IMG/VR virus record: IMGVR_UViG_3300035698_004085
Coordinates: 64,001-128,000 of that record
DNA: 64,000 nt
Reading direction: 5' to 3' (one strand)
From: a virus
The position numbers were made by a program, and so were the translations under genes. The notes beneath the pieces are model-generated. The model did no database searches, was not told the origin of the DNA, and saw only the letters and a program-made list of their open reading frames with translations. Below, piece after piece: positions 1 to 9,178 of this stretch (positions are counted from its first letter, which is position 1; each line of letters starts with the position of its first letter).

Positions 1-2
1 CT

Positions 3-179
3 GCGTATGCTCCTTATGCTATTTATGAGGATAACTACTATTATCTGGATGAGTCGTATGGATCTGTAGTAGTTATTAGGCTGGGAGATTCGAAGAAGTA
101 TGTTAATAGGGACGCTGTTAAAATCGAAGAGGAGATGTCTTATCGGACGCCTGTTCATTTTAGCGCGGATTTAATTTAA
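3..179 (+). CDS. 3' end of a hypothetical protein (runs off the window start)
   Basis: Open frame from 3 to TAA at 177-179, ending ...RTPVHFSADLI*, 9 nt before the next start. Confidence 0.55.
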   Translation, partial: AYAPYAIYEDNYYYLDESYGSVVVIRLGDSKKYVNRDAVKIEEEMSYRTPVHFSADLI

Positions 180-188
180 GGTTTAATT

Positions 189-1346
189 ATGCAGATACAG
201 GTATTCAAGAATAAGCTTTTAGTAGACTTTGACTTAATTTCGGAGTTTGGAAAAGCGGCTGAAAAAGCTATTAACGATATTAAGTTTATTTACCTTTCGT
301 ATGATGGTAAGGAATTTACTATGTTTTCTGAGGAGGGAAGCATGGGTTCTATTGTTGTAGCTAAGGTGAAAGTTGCTCCAGAAGAGATTAAGGGAGATTT
401 GCCTTATTTTTCAGCTGGCGTTGAGGCTATTCCTTTTTTATCTTTTGTGAAGAAGTTGTATAGTGGTTTTATTACTATTAAAATGGGGAAAAAGTCTAAG
501 TTGTTGTGTGAGGAAGACAATATTAAGGGATCTTTCCCAATTGTGAGTCCTAAAGCTTATTTTAGTCTTCCTACGGGTACTTCTTTGTCAGGTGAGCATA
601 AGGATTGGATTGTTAATAGTCTTATTGATTGTCTGTCATCGGTTGAAGAGGCTTCTAAGTCTTCAGCTTTGGGTCCTTTTCCTGGAATGCTTCTTGACAC
701 TACGGATTTTGCTTCAAGGATTTGTAAGTTTTCAAATATCTCTTTGTATTTGTCCTCAAATACTCCCGTTTTCGCAAAGAGTTGTAGGCTTGTGATTTCT
801 GACAATATTGCTAAGATTGCGAAAGCCTTTCAGAAATCAATCTCTGAAATTATTTTTACAGAAAATTCTATAGGTTTGTTTTTAAAGCACGGAACTGTGG
901 TATATAATACGCAGCCTGAGGATGCTTATCCTCTTTCGTATATTGCCGGGTTAAACCTTACTGATAGTGTGTGCATGATTCCTAATGACCTTTTAAATTA
1001 TGTGTTTGAAACTCCTCATTTACTGAATGCGGTAGACTTGGTTGCTACTACTTTGGGTGATGCGGAGTCTTGGGTTACTTTAGCTCAGGTTGGGGAGACA
1101 ACTGATAACAAGAATTTGGTGTGGAAGGTAAGTGGTCATTCGTTTAAGGGTCTTGAGGTTCAGGAAGAGGTTCTTAGCTCTTTGGGTAAGCCAATTGATC
1201 CTTTTTCGGTTAATAAGAAAAGAATGTTGAGATGTTTATCAGTATTTGAAGAGGAGGTTAAGGCGTATGATTTGAGTTCTTCTGCTCTTGCCTTATCAAA
1301 TGATTCTGGAACAAAAGTAGCGTTGTTAATTAAAGCGAACGTATGA
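189..1346 (+). CDS. Sliding clamp (DnaN/beta-clamp-like) protein
   Basis: 385 aa with an alternating beta/alpha pattern, C-terminal ALLIKA-type strand as in beta clamps, and location in an operon with PolA and DnaX; no exact motif proof. Confidence 0.55.
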   Translation: MQIQVFKNKLLVDFDLISEFGKAAEKAINDIKFIYLSYDGKEFTMFSEEGSMGSIVVAKVKVAPEEIKGDLPYFSAGVEAIPFLSFVKKLYSGFITIKMGKKSKLLCEEDNIKGSFPIVSPKAYFSLPTGTSLSGEHKDWIVNSLIDCLSSVEEASKSSALGPFPGMLLDTTDFASRICKFSNISLYLSSNTPVFAKSCRLVISDNIAKIAKAFQKSISEIIFTENSIGLFLKHGTVVYNTQPEDAYPLSYIAGLNLTDSVCMIPNDLLNYVFETPHLLNAVDLVATTLGDAESWVTLAQVGETTDNKNLVWKVSGHSFKGLEVQEEVLSSLGKPIDPFSVNKKRMLRCLSVFEEEVKAYDLSSSALALSNDSGTKVALLIKANV

Positions 1347-1359
1347 GAGGGATATTAGT

Positions 1360-2085
1360 ATGGCAAAATTGTTACCAAAGAAAATTCTAGATGAAGAAAT
1401 AGCGGCTAAGCTAGCCAGTTATTATAAATTGGATGACAGGAGTTTTGATTCCCGCGATTTGTTAGACTGGGAGTGTTTTTCACATCCTAGTTTAGAGTTG
1501 CATGAGTGTAATTCTAGATCTCTTCTTCCAGGAAGGCACGCATGTAAAAGTTGTGGAAATAAGCCTGGGAAAGTGTGTGACATCTCATGTGATATTCAAA
1601 ACTTCTGTTTAGCTGTTTATGCATGGCGTATGGGAATTGGTGGAGAAGATTTTGATGCTGCTATGGACAATAACTTATATAAACTAAGACCTGAAGCGCT
1701 ATATGCAAAAGTAATTAAGACATTTAGCAAAGAGGAGCTTGAAGAAGTAGTAGTTAAGAATGAAATTGCTATACCAGCTTTTGTTAAAGATTCTGAAGAG
1801 GAGGAGCCTGTGGAGTTATCATCTAGGAATAAGCGTATGTCTGAGGCTAAAAACTCAGCATTGGAATCTAAAAACGGGGATGACTTGTTGACTATTCAGG
1901 AAGCAGCTGAAGACTATGGTTGTACTTATGCAAATATCTATAATTACGTAAAGAACGGTAGAATTCCCTCTTTGAAGGATTCTGGCAAAGTAAAAGTGAA
2001 AAGGTCTGCTCTAGATCTGTTTAAATCTCGCACTCACGGAAAGCGAAAGCCCAGTACAAAGGAGAGAGCTAATTATGGTAGTTAA
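1360..2085 (+). CDS. DNA-binding protein: Cys-rich N-domain plus C-terminal excisionase-type HTH
   Basis: LLTIQEAAEDYGCTYANIYNYVKNGRIPSLK is an HTH_17/Xis-like pattern; CKSC and CDISC..C in the N-terminal part. Confidence 0.7.
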   Translation: MAKLLPKKILDEEIAAKLASYYKLDDRSFDSRDLLDWECFSHPSLELHECNSRSLLPGRHACKSCGNKPGKVCDISCDIQNFCLAVYAWRMGIGGEDFDAAMDNNLYKLRPEALYAKVIKTFSKEELEEVVVKNEIAIPAFVKDSEEEEPVELSSRNKRMSEAKNSALESKNGDDLLTIQEAAEDYGCTYANIYNYVKNGRIPSLKDSGKVKVKRSALDLFKSRTHGKRKPSTKERANYGS

Positions 2086-2344
2086 AGAAAAAGAGGGACG
2101 TGACTTTGTTCATGAGATTAAATCTGGAAGTGTAGTTATCGAAATCTACCGGAAGACTGAGCCTCATACTGGCAGGGTTTATTTTGATTATAGAGTTGGC
2201 AGGGAATTCTTTGTAGGAGACGATGAAACCGCTCGTGGTCCTTTTTGTCAGCAAAGAGACTTGAGGGATAATGTTAGAGCGCTAATTGATGTGCAAGAGT
2301 GGGTAAGTTCTCAGCATAGAGACATCAGAAATAATTCTTATTAG
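2075..2344 (+). CDS. Hypothetical protein
   Basis: 89-aa ORF overlapping the upstream stop, with an RBS. Confidence 0.6.
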   Translation: MVVKEKEGRDFVHEIKSGSVVIEIYRKTEPHTGRVYFDYRVGREFFVGDDETARGPFCQQRDLRDNVRALIDVQEWVSSQHRDIRNNSY

Positions 2345-2355
2345 GAGTTTTAGCT

Positions 2356-4563
2356 TTGTTTTTTAATAATGTAACAATTCCTTCTACTTATATGCTTGTA
2401 GACTCTCCTCGTAAGCTTGCGTGGCTTAGAGAGCGTTTATTGGCTTCTCCAGAGTTTGGGTTTGACATTGAGAATTCTCACCCCACTTTGAAAAACAAAG
2501 AGAAGGTAAGAGCTTATACTCGAACAACTACTATTTATATTTCTGGTATTTCTTTTGCTTGGGGAAGAACCGGCGTTCAAGATCCTTGGGAACCTGGAAA
2601 TGCTGCTTATATTCCCTTGACAAAAGCTGATGATTCTCCTTATTGGGGAGAGAGACAAGATGCAGTTGTTCAAGTTCTTAAATCAATACTAGAAACCGAT
2701 ATTCCAAAGGTTGCTCATAATGGTAAGTTCGATGTTTCCGAGCTAGCTAAAAGACTAGGAATTTATACTAGAGGTTTATGGTTTGACACAATGCTTGCTC
2801 ACGCTCTATTGGATGAGGAAAAGCTAGGAAGCTCTCATGCCCTTAAATCCGATTTTGATAAGCAGGGTCGTATTTTTAAGATGGGAGTTTCAGACTATTA
2901 CTTGAATACCGAAGCTAGTTGTTTTAAAGAAGACTTGGGATCTGCTCTGACTCACTATGATCCTCATTACAGAAGGTATTCCAAGGTTCCTCTTGACATT
3001 ATGTATCCTTATGCCTGTGCTGACTCTGATTTAACTTTTGCTTTAAGGCATGTGTTCTATCCCATGCTTCAAAAGGAAGAGACTCTCTGGGTTTTTCAAA
3101 ACGTGGTTATGCCGCTTCAACATTCAATTATGATGATGGAGATGCACGGTTGTCCTTTGAATATTACGAGAGCTAAATCAGTTGAAAAAGAGCAAAAGGA
3201 ATTGATGGTTAAATACGAGGCTGAAGTACATGCTTTGGCGGGAAAGATATTTAATGTAGGATCTGGAGAACAATTAGGAAATTTCCTGTTTGATGAACTA
3301 GACCTTCAACCTCGTCAACGTAATAAAAGAGGTTGGGTAGTAGATGTAGAAGCTCTTGATAAATTAGACCATCCAATTATCGAGCCAATAAAGCATTATA
3401 GAAGAGCGCAGAAGATTCAGTCTACTTATGCTAGCTCAGCTTTAGATCTAGTTCAAGAGATAACTAATGATGGTCATGTAGGTTGGGTACATCCTAGTAT
3501 TTGGCTAGACGGAGTAACAGGAAGACTTAAATGCCAAGATCCAAACCTTACAAATCTTCCAAGACCTGAGAATGGTGGAGATATTGTAAAGTCAATGTGG
3601 CAAGGCGGAGACGACTACGTATTCCTTTTTAAAGACTTCTCCCAAATTGAGCTACGGGTAATTGCTCATGTGTCTGGAGAACCAACTTGGATTGATGGTT
3701 TTAATGCCGGTTACGACATGCACGCAGCTATGGCAAAAACTATTTTTCATTTAGATTGCCCAGTGGACCAAGTTAAGGACCTTTATAAATCGGAAAGGTC
3801 TTACGCGAAGACTATTAACTTTGGAATTGCTTATGGTGAGTCTGTTTACGCTCTTGCAGAAAAGCTGGAGTTGACTTATGAAGAGGCTAATAAATTAGTT
3901 AATGAAGACTATTTTGGTGCTGCTCCTACTCTGAAAGCCTGGATAGACTATACTCATCAGTTCTCTGAGGACGAGGGCTACGTTTATAACATGTTTAAGC
4001 GGCGTAGGCATCTTCCTAACGCTCAGATCATAGTTCCTGACAGTGCTCCCTGGCCGAAGTACAATGACCGTCCTGCATGCTATAGGGACTGCGTGAAGCC
4101 TATGCATATTGGGTTTGCTCAAGGCGAGTGTGACCTTTATTCGATGCCTGAAGATCACTTGAAGGGTTTGATCCAGACTTATAAGAGAACTCACCATTTT
4201 AAGTGCAAGGAATGTCCTTATATTCGATCTTGCTTTATTAATTCTGAGGTTAAGTATCTTGACGGTACTAAGAAGAGAGCTTTGAGGCAGAGTGTTAACT
4301 CAATTATTCAAGGTTCTGCTGCTGATATGAGTTCGATGGCTTTAGTCTGGATCACTGAAGAGCTTAGAAGACAGAATGTAAGATCTCGCCCATGTTTGTA
4401 TATTCATGATGAGATTGGTTGCTATACGCATAAAGACGACGTTGAGAAAGCTGAGAGAATTATGGAAGACTGTATGGTTCGAAGATTAAAAGAGTTCACT
4501 AATTTTAGTGTGCCTATTGTGACTGACACTGAGATTGTTCAATGTTGGGGCGATAAGAAATAA
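2356..4563 (+). CDS. polA: DNA polymerase family A (3'-5' exonuclease plus polymerase)
   Basis: Exo motifs FDIE, AHNGKFD, FDTM and YACADS; motif A DFSQIELR, motif B RSYAKTINFGIAYG, NSIIQGSAAD, motif C IHDEI. Confidence 0.95.
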   Translation: MFFNNVTIPSTYMLVDSPRKLAWLRERLLASPEFGFDIENSHPTLKNKEKVRAYTRTTTIYISGISFAWGRTGVQDPWEPGNAAYIPLTKADDSPYWGERQDAVVQVLKSILETDIPKVAHNGKFDVSELAKRLGIYTRGLWFDTMLAHALLDEEKLGSSHALKSDFDKQGRIFKMGVSDYYLNTEASCFKEDLGSALTHYDPHYRRYSKVPLDIMYPYACADSDLTFALRHVFYPMLQKEETLWVFQNVVMPLQHSIMMMEMHGCPLNITRAKSVEKEQKELMVKYEAEVHALAGKIFNVGSGEQLGNFLFDELDLQPRQRNKRGWVVDVEALDKLDHPIIEPIKHYRRAQKIQSTYASSALDLVQEITNDGHVGWVHPSIWLDGVTGRLKCQDPNLTNLPRPENGGDIVKSMWQGGDDYVFLFKDFSQIELRVIAHVSGEPTWIDGFNAGYDMHAAMAKTIFHLDCPVDQVKDLYKSERSYAKTINFGIAYGESVYALAEKLELTYEEANKLVNEDYFGAAPTLKAWIDYTHQFSEDEGYVYNMFKRRRHLPNAQIIVPDSAPWPKYNDRPACYRDCVKPMHIGFAQGECDLYSMPEDHLKGLIQTYKRTHHFKCKECPYIRSCFINSEVKYLDGTKKRALRQSVNSIIQGSAADMSSMALVWITEELRRQNVRSRPCLYIHDEIGCYTHKDDVEKAERIMEDCMVRRLKEFTNFSVPIVTDTEIVQCWGDKK

Positions 4564-4573
4564 GGGAGGATTT

Positions 4574-5416
4574 ATGATTACTAATAAAAAAGCGTTTAAA
4601 AGGTTGATTCCATTCTTGACAAAAGAGGACCAGCGTAAGATTGGTCAAAACTTGTCAATGAGTGAGCTAGGAGACGTTCTGCTTAATGGGCATATGGCTA
4701 TGGAGACTGAGATTGAACAAGTAGAATCTCAGATTAAAGAGCTTAGAGCTTATGTGGTAGATGTTGACGCAGATCTTTATGAAGTAGAGTTCCTTATCAA
4801 CTTTTATAAGACTATTGTAAAGTCTTGTAAGGGTCTTGGGTTTATTTCTGAAAAGATTCATACTTGGCTAGATGAGTTTGTAGCAACTCGGATGGAGGAT
4901 TCTGAGGAAGAGCCTGACGTTTTTACAAAGGCAGCTGAAAAACATCTTAAAGGAGAGTTTCTATCAGATACCAATGAGTGTGAAGAGGAAGAGGCTTGTC
5001 CTTCAGACGTTGACTCTTGCGAGAATTGCGAATTTAGAGAGCAGTGTGAAGAAGACATTAAAGATGACGAATATGACCTTGAAGAAGATGAAGGTGACTG
5101 TGAATGTGATTGTGAGCGTGACTGCTGTTATCTAGAATGTTACAGCGGAGAGTGTAAAGAATGTAGCGATTCTTCTGAAGAAGTTGATATGTTTTCAGAT
5201 GATTTAGTTGTTGAAGCTGCTATGGAAGCCTCGGCAATGTGGATGCATGGAATTGTTGCCGATGAGCACTATTTTCATGTTGTCGGTTTTATAATTAAGC
5301 TTGCTGACAGGGTTGATACTTCTTTTAATATGGATGAAGCGGAAGACATTCTAATTAACTGTTCAAGAATTGCTAATCAGCATGACAATATTTGGTATGT
5401 GAAAGAAGAGGCATAA
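4574..5416 (+). CDS. Hypothetical protein with an acidic Cys-rich central region
   Basis: RBS GGAGG before ATG 4574; CENCEFREQC and CECDCERDCC tracts. Confidence 0.65.
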   Translation: MITNKKAFKRLIPFLTKEDQRKIGQNLSMSELGDVLLNGHMAMETEIEQVESQIKELRAYVVDVDADLYEVEFLINFYKTIVKSCKGLGFISEKIHTWLDEFVATRMEDSEEEPDVFTKAAEKHLKGEFLSDTNECEEEEACPSDVDSCENCEFREQCEEDIKDDEYDLEEDEGDCECDCERDCCYLECYSGECKECSDSSEEVDMFSDDLVVEAAMEASAMWMHGIVADEHYFHVVGFIIKLADRVDTSFNMDEAEDILINCSRIANQHDNIWYVKEEA

Positions 5417-5418
5417 GA

Positions 5419-6258
5419 ATGGGCGCAATTTCAGTTAATGGAAATCTGTATGAAATCGGAGTTCCTGTTATGCGGTGGGATGAACCCGGAGGATATAACG
5501 GCTATTCAACCAAGAAGTATGTAACGGAGGTTGAAGATCGTAAGACAGGAAAGGTTAAAAAGAAGGTTGTTAAGGGGAAACGCTATTCTAAAAGGGCGCT
5601 AACTCAAGCTGGTGCAATTAAGAAGGTGTCGAGTTTTACCATTCATCATACGGGCGGCTATACGCCTGGATCTTGCTTCAACACTCTTCATAATGATAGG
5701 AAATTATCGGTTCATTTTATTATAGATGACTTCGGAACTATTTATCAAACTCTAGATGTCATTGAAAAAGCTTGGCATGCTGGTTCTCAGAATAAGTGTA
5801 GTGTTGGGGTTGAGTGCTGTTTAAGACCTGATGCCAAGAAACATCCTGACGCATATAGAGCGTCAAAGTGTGCTCGATTAGGTCTTGCTCCACATGAGGA
5901 GATCATTAGTCAGCATATTCAAGGGTCTGACAAGTCTGTTTATGCTATGCCCAAAGATCAGGTTGAATCTCTGTCTAAGCTGGTAGCAGGAGTTTGGCAC
6001 GCTAGAAGTAAAGAACTTCCGCCTGACTATTCGTTAAAGGCTTATGTTCCTCCTATTTTTCCAGGAGTTGAAGGTGATATTCCGACTGATTTTAGCCCTG
6101 CTTATAAAAAGCATGTTGGATTGGTTTTACACGCTCATGTGTCTCCTCGTAAATGGGATGCAGCAGGATTGCGCTTGCGAGAGTTCGAGCTAAGCGTTGC
6201 TGAAGACTTTAGAAAGTTTCAGAAGGATGCAAGTTTAGGATTGTTCGATAATGACTAA
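5419..6258 (+). CDS. N-acetylmuramoyl-L-alanine amidase (Amidase_2 family; endolysin candidate)
   Basis: TIHHTGG, SVHFIID, AWHAG, SVGVE and HAHV..KWD zinc-amidase motifs. Confidence 0.85.
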   Translation: MGAISVNGNLYEIGVPVMRWDEPGGYNGYSTKKYVTEVEDRKTGKVKKKVVKGKRYSKRALTQAGAIKKVSSFTIHHTGGYTPGSCFNTLHNDRKLSVHFIIDDFGTIYQTLDVIEKAWHAGSQNKCSVGVECCLRPDAKKHPDAYRASKCARLGLAPHEEIISQHIQGSDKSVYAMPKDQVESLSKLVAGVWHARSKELPPDYSLKAYVPPIFPGVEGDIPTDFSPAYKKHVGLVLHAHVSPRKWDAAGLRLREFELSVAEDFRKFQKDASLGLFDND

Positions 6259-6490
6259 GTTTATACAGGTATGGGTGACACAGGCTTTTTTAAACAAAGG
6301 ATTATACGGGAGAGCTAAAATGAAAGAAGAACGAGTAATTAAATGGCAGTCTCCGGGAAGTGATGTTATTCATACAATTCCTGAAGTTGCTAAAGTTTGG
6401 TTTGAAACTAAAAGAGAATATGCGGAAATTTCCTTTGTAGAAGACGCTGAGGGAACTCCTACTATCTTTATTGAGGCGGAGGATCTATAA
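6251..6490 (+). CDS. Hypothetical protein
   Basis: ORF coupled to both neighbours. Confidence 0.5.
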   Translation: MTKFIQVWVTQAFLNKGLYGRAKMKEERVIKWQSPGSDVIHTIPEVAKVWFETKREYAEISFVEDAEGTPTIFIEAEDL

Positions 6491-6492
6491 TC

Positions 6493-6681
6493 ATGGATAA
6501 AGAGAAGAAGGCTTTACTGTTAGAGGCTATTACTTGGTATCTTAGGTTTCGTAAGTCAGAAGATACCCATTTTAAGTATGATCTTAAGGATATTATCTAT
6601 GAAATCTCTGATGATGCTGAGTTAGAGCTTTCAGATGATATGATTGATGAACTTGCTGCAGACTTTTTTGACGTGATTTAG
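6493..6681 (+). CDS. Small acidic hypothetical protein
   Basis: RBS GGAGG; 62-aa ORF. Confidence 0.55.
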   Translation: MDKEKKALLLEAITWYLRFRKSEDTHFKYDLKDIIYEISDDAELELSDDMIDELAADFFDVI

Positions 6682-6707
6682 TATATTGTTTTTAGAGGTA
6701 GTTTTAT

Positions 6708-7829
6708 ATGAGTTATTTATCAATTGCTAGGAAATATCGCCCAGACTTCTTTGGGCAAGTTTTTGGACAAACCACGTCTAAGCGGATCTTGGTTAATTCA
6801 ATTTTAATGAACCACGAGATCAATGCAATGCTTATTACGGGGATAAGAGGAACCGGTAAGACTACTCTGGCTAGAATTTATGCGAAATCGCTTAATTGTC
6901 TGAATTTTAAAAACGCTAATGAGCCTTGTAATGCTTGTGAGTCTTGTTTAGAAGCCAATAACGGCACACATCCAGACATTCATGAGTTTGATGCGGCTTC
7001 AAACAATGGTGTAGACTTTATTAGGGATCTTGAGCCTCTTGCTCGTCAACGAAGTGCTTATGAAAGGAAAGTAATAATCTTTGACGAAGTTCATATGTTT
7101 ACTCCGCAAGCACAGAATGCGTTTTTAAAACTGTTAGAAGAACCTCCTAAAAATTTGACATTTATTTTGGTTACAACGGAGGCTGAGAAGTTGTTAGGAA
7201 CGATTAGGTCTAGGTGTTTGAGCATGCCTTTAAAGCCCTTATCGCCTTTTGAAATTGAAGAGAGTATTAAGTATATTTTAACACAAGAAGGTAAAGAGAT
7301 CGATGAAGGTTTTGTGACTTCTTTAAGTTTGGTAGGAGGTGGAGCTTTGAGGGACGTTCAACAGATATTGGATAATGTGTTATTGGCAGCTGGACCTAAC
7401 GGAGAATTAAACGAGGCGTTATTAGAAGAAGCGGTTGGTATTATAACGGTTGCTCAGTATAAGAAGCTAGCTGCTGTTTTAACGTCATTAAACCTAAATA
7501 CTATGATTGGCGCGGTTAGAGAGTGGCATAATGCAGGGATGAATCTGTCTCAATTGTATACAGTGGGAATTCCTGCTTTATTGAGGGACTGTGCAGTCTG
7601 TTTGTCTGATTCTTATAGTGACGGTTTAACGCTTTATACCGGAATTCCTTACGAAATGTTTAAGTTGAAGTTAAATTTGAGCGTTGAGTATATTAAATTT
7701 ATTCAGGATGCTTGGGTAGAGTTCTTCGAAATGATGAAAGAAGCTTCCCATCCTAAAATTGTTTGGGAAATGTTCTTTGTTAAAATTTGTCAGCTTCCAG
7801 AAGAAGTTGTAGAAAAGAGTGATTATTAA
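6708..7829 (+). CDS. dnaX: DNA polymerase III gamma/tau-like clamp loader subunit
   Basis: ARKYRP, Walker A GIRGTGKTT, zinc motif C..PCNACESC, DAASNNGVD, DEVHM, NAFLKLLEEPP, TIRSRC. Confidence 0.93.
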   Translation: MSYLSIARKYRPDFFGQVFGQTTSKRILVNSILMNHEINAMLITGIRGTGKTTLARIYAKSLNCLNFKNANEPCNACESCLEANNGTHPDIHEFDAASNNGVDFIRDLEPLARQRSAYERKVIIFDEVHMFTPQAQNAFLKLLEEPPKNLTFILVTTEAEKLLGTIRSRCLSMPLKPLSPFEIEESIKYILTQEGKEIDEGFVTSLSLVGGGALRDVQQILDNVLLAAGPNGELNEALLEEAVGIITVAQYKKLAAVLTSLNLNTMIGAVREWHNAGMNLSQLYTVGIPALLRDCAVCLSDSYSDGLTLYTGIPYEMFKLKLNLSVEYIKFIQDAWVEFFEMMKEASHPKIVWEMFFVKICQLPEEVVEKSDY

Positions 7830-8488
7830 TGTTTGTAAATGATAAACAAGGATCTCAATGGGCTTTAGACGAAGGCTTGCGAGAGATGGCTAGAAGGCTG
7901 ATTCAGAAGCATGATGACTTGGTAGGGCATGTTAATTTGTCTCAAGTGGTTTTTATGAGGTTTACTGGATCAAAAAAGGCTAATTGGATGGGGAAATGCT
8001 TTTTGATTAATAAAGCGCCTCAGACTATTATTGCTAAATACGTCGTTAGCAAACTTGCTGAATATGGCTTGATGGATTTGTCTCAGATTGTGGGAATTGA
8101 ATCAGATTTGTTTGACCTTCACTATATTATTGCTATTAATGACGATGCAATTGGGGCTTCTCCTGCTTATCCTGATAAGATTGAAGAGATCACTTTGCTT
8201 CATGAGCTTATGCACATTTCTGAGTGTAACGAAAAGCTGGTTAAGCATAATAGTGAAGACTTTACTGAAATCCTGGATAAGTTTGGAGTTCACTGGGTTG
8301 AGGGTATCTTCGAGGAAGAAGAAGCGGTTAAAGCTGAGATTAAAGAACTAGCTGAGAGCCTTGTTGCAGCAGGAGCGTCTATCTCAACTGGTCCTCAAAA
8401 AGTGCGTAGGGATAATAAGGACATTCCAGTAATGCCTCAGTTTAATTTCCCTGCACCTGAGACAATGACTCCTGAAGAATCGAGCTAA
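7829..8488 (+). CDS. Putative phage metallopeptidase
   Basis: LLHELMH (HExxH) followed by KHNSEDFTEILDKFG. Confidence 0.7.
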   Translation: MFVNDKQGSQWALDEGLREMARRLIQKHDDLVGHVNLSQVVFMRFTGSKKANWMGKCFLINKAPQTIIAKYVVSKLAEYGLMDLSQIVGIESDLFDLHYIIAINDDAIGASPAYPDKIEEITLLHELMHISECNEKLVKHNSEDFTEILDKFGVHWVEGIFEEEEAVKAEIKELAESLVAAGASISTGPQKVRRDNKDIPVMPQFNFPAPETMTPEESS

Positions 8489-8491
8489 AGA

Positions 8492-9178
8492 ATGAGCGGA
8501 TTTAAAGTAAAGATAGACAAGGGGATTGTTCAAGTCGTTAGTGAGGATGATGTACCTGAAACGGACATTATAGATCTTTTAGAGTTTGATGAAGCTCAGA
8601 TGGAAGATCTTTATTTGAACCATGCGGCTACTCAATGTCGGTGGGAGCAAGTAGCTATCAATCTAAAAAACGAGTATGATAGATTCTCAGACAACTTTGA
8701 GAAAAAGTGGTGGGCGCACAATAAGCGTTTCGCCAAGTTAGTGTTAATTGGTTATGGAGAGAAGAAGCCAACGGTTGACGCAATTAAGGATACAGCTCTT
8801 TTAGTATATTCTCAAGATACGTCTGAACATGAACGAGAGAAGTATTTTGATTTAGCTTATAAAAACGGAATGACTGAGAAGGACTTAGAGGGAGGCGGAA
8901 AAGAGCAGTTTAAAAACGAAATGTTTAAATATCTACTAACGGAGCCTGCTTGGTATTTTGAGACAGTACTGGAGACTTCAAAATTAATGGAGAAGCATTT
9001 CTTAACAGTGCAAAATATAGCAAAGAGGTTGGATAGCAGAAGCTACCACATGAAAGAGTTAAAAGACTTGTTAATGGCTAAGAGATCAAACATTGGACCG
9101 ATGACTGAAAAAGAGACGAATAGAACAAAAGAGCTTCAACATATTATGACTGAAGCACATCAAGGAGGACAGAGATAA
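8492..9178 (+). CDS. Helical protein, possible UvsY-like recombination mediator
   Basis: Helical/coiled composition; directly precedes the SSB-like gene and RecA; function inferred from context only. Confidence 0.35.
   Translation: MSGFKVKIDKGIVQVVSEDDVPETDIIDLLEFDEAQMEDLYLNHAATQCRWEQVAINLKNEYDRFSDNFEKKWWAHNKRFAKLVLIGYGEKKPTVDAIKDTALLVYSQDTSEHEREKYFDLAYKNGMTEKDLEGGGKEQFKNEMFKYLLTEPAWYFETVLETSKLMEKHFLTVQNIAKRLDSRSYHMKELKDLLMAKRSNIGPMTEKETNRTKELQHIMTEAHQGGQR

Noticed and set aside
4024-4278. Intein in PolA
   Set aside because: The insert lacks the C/S start, the TxxH block and the terminal (H)N-C/S/T
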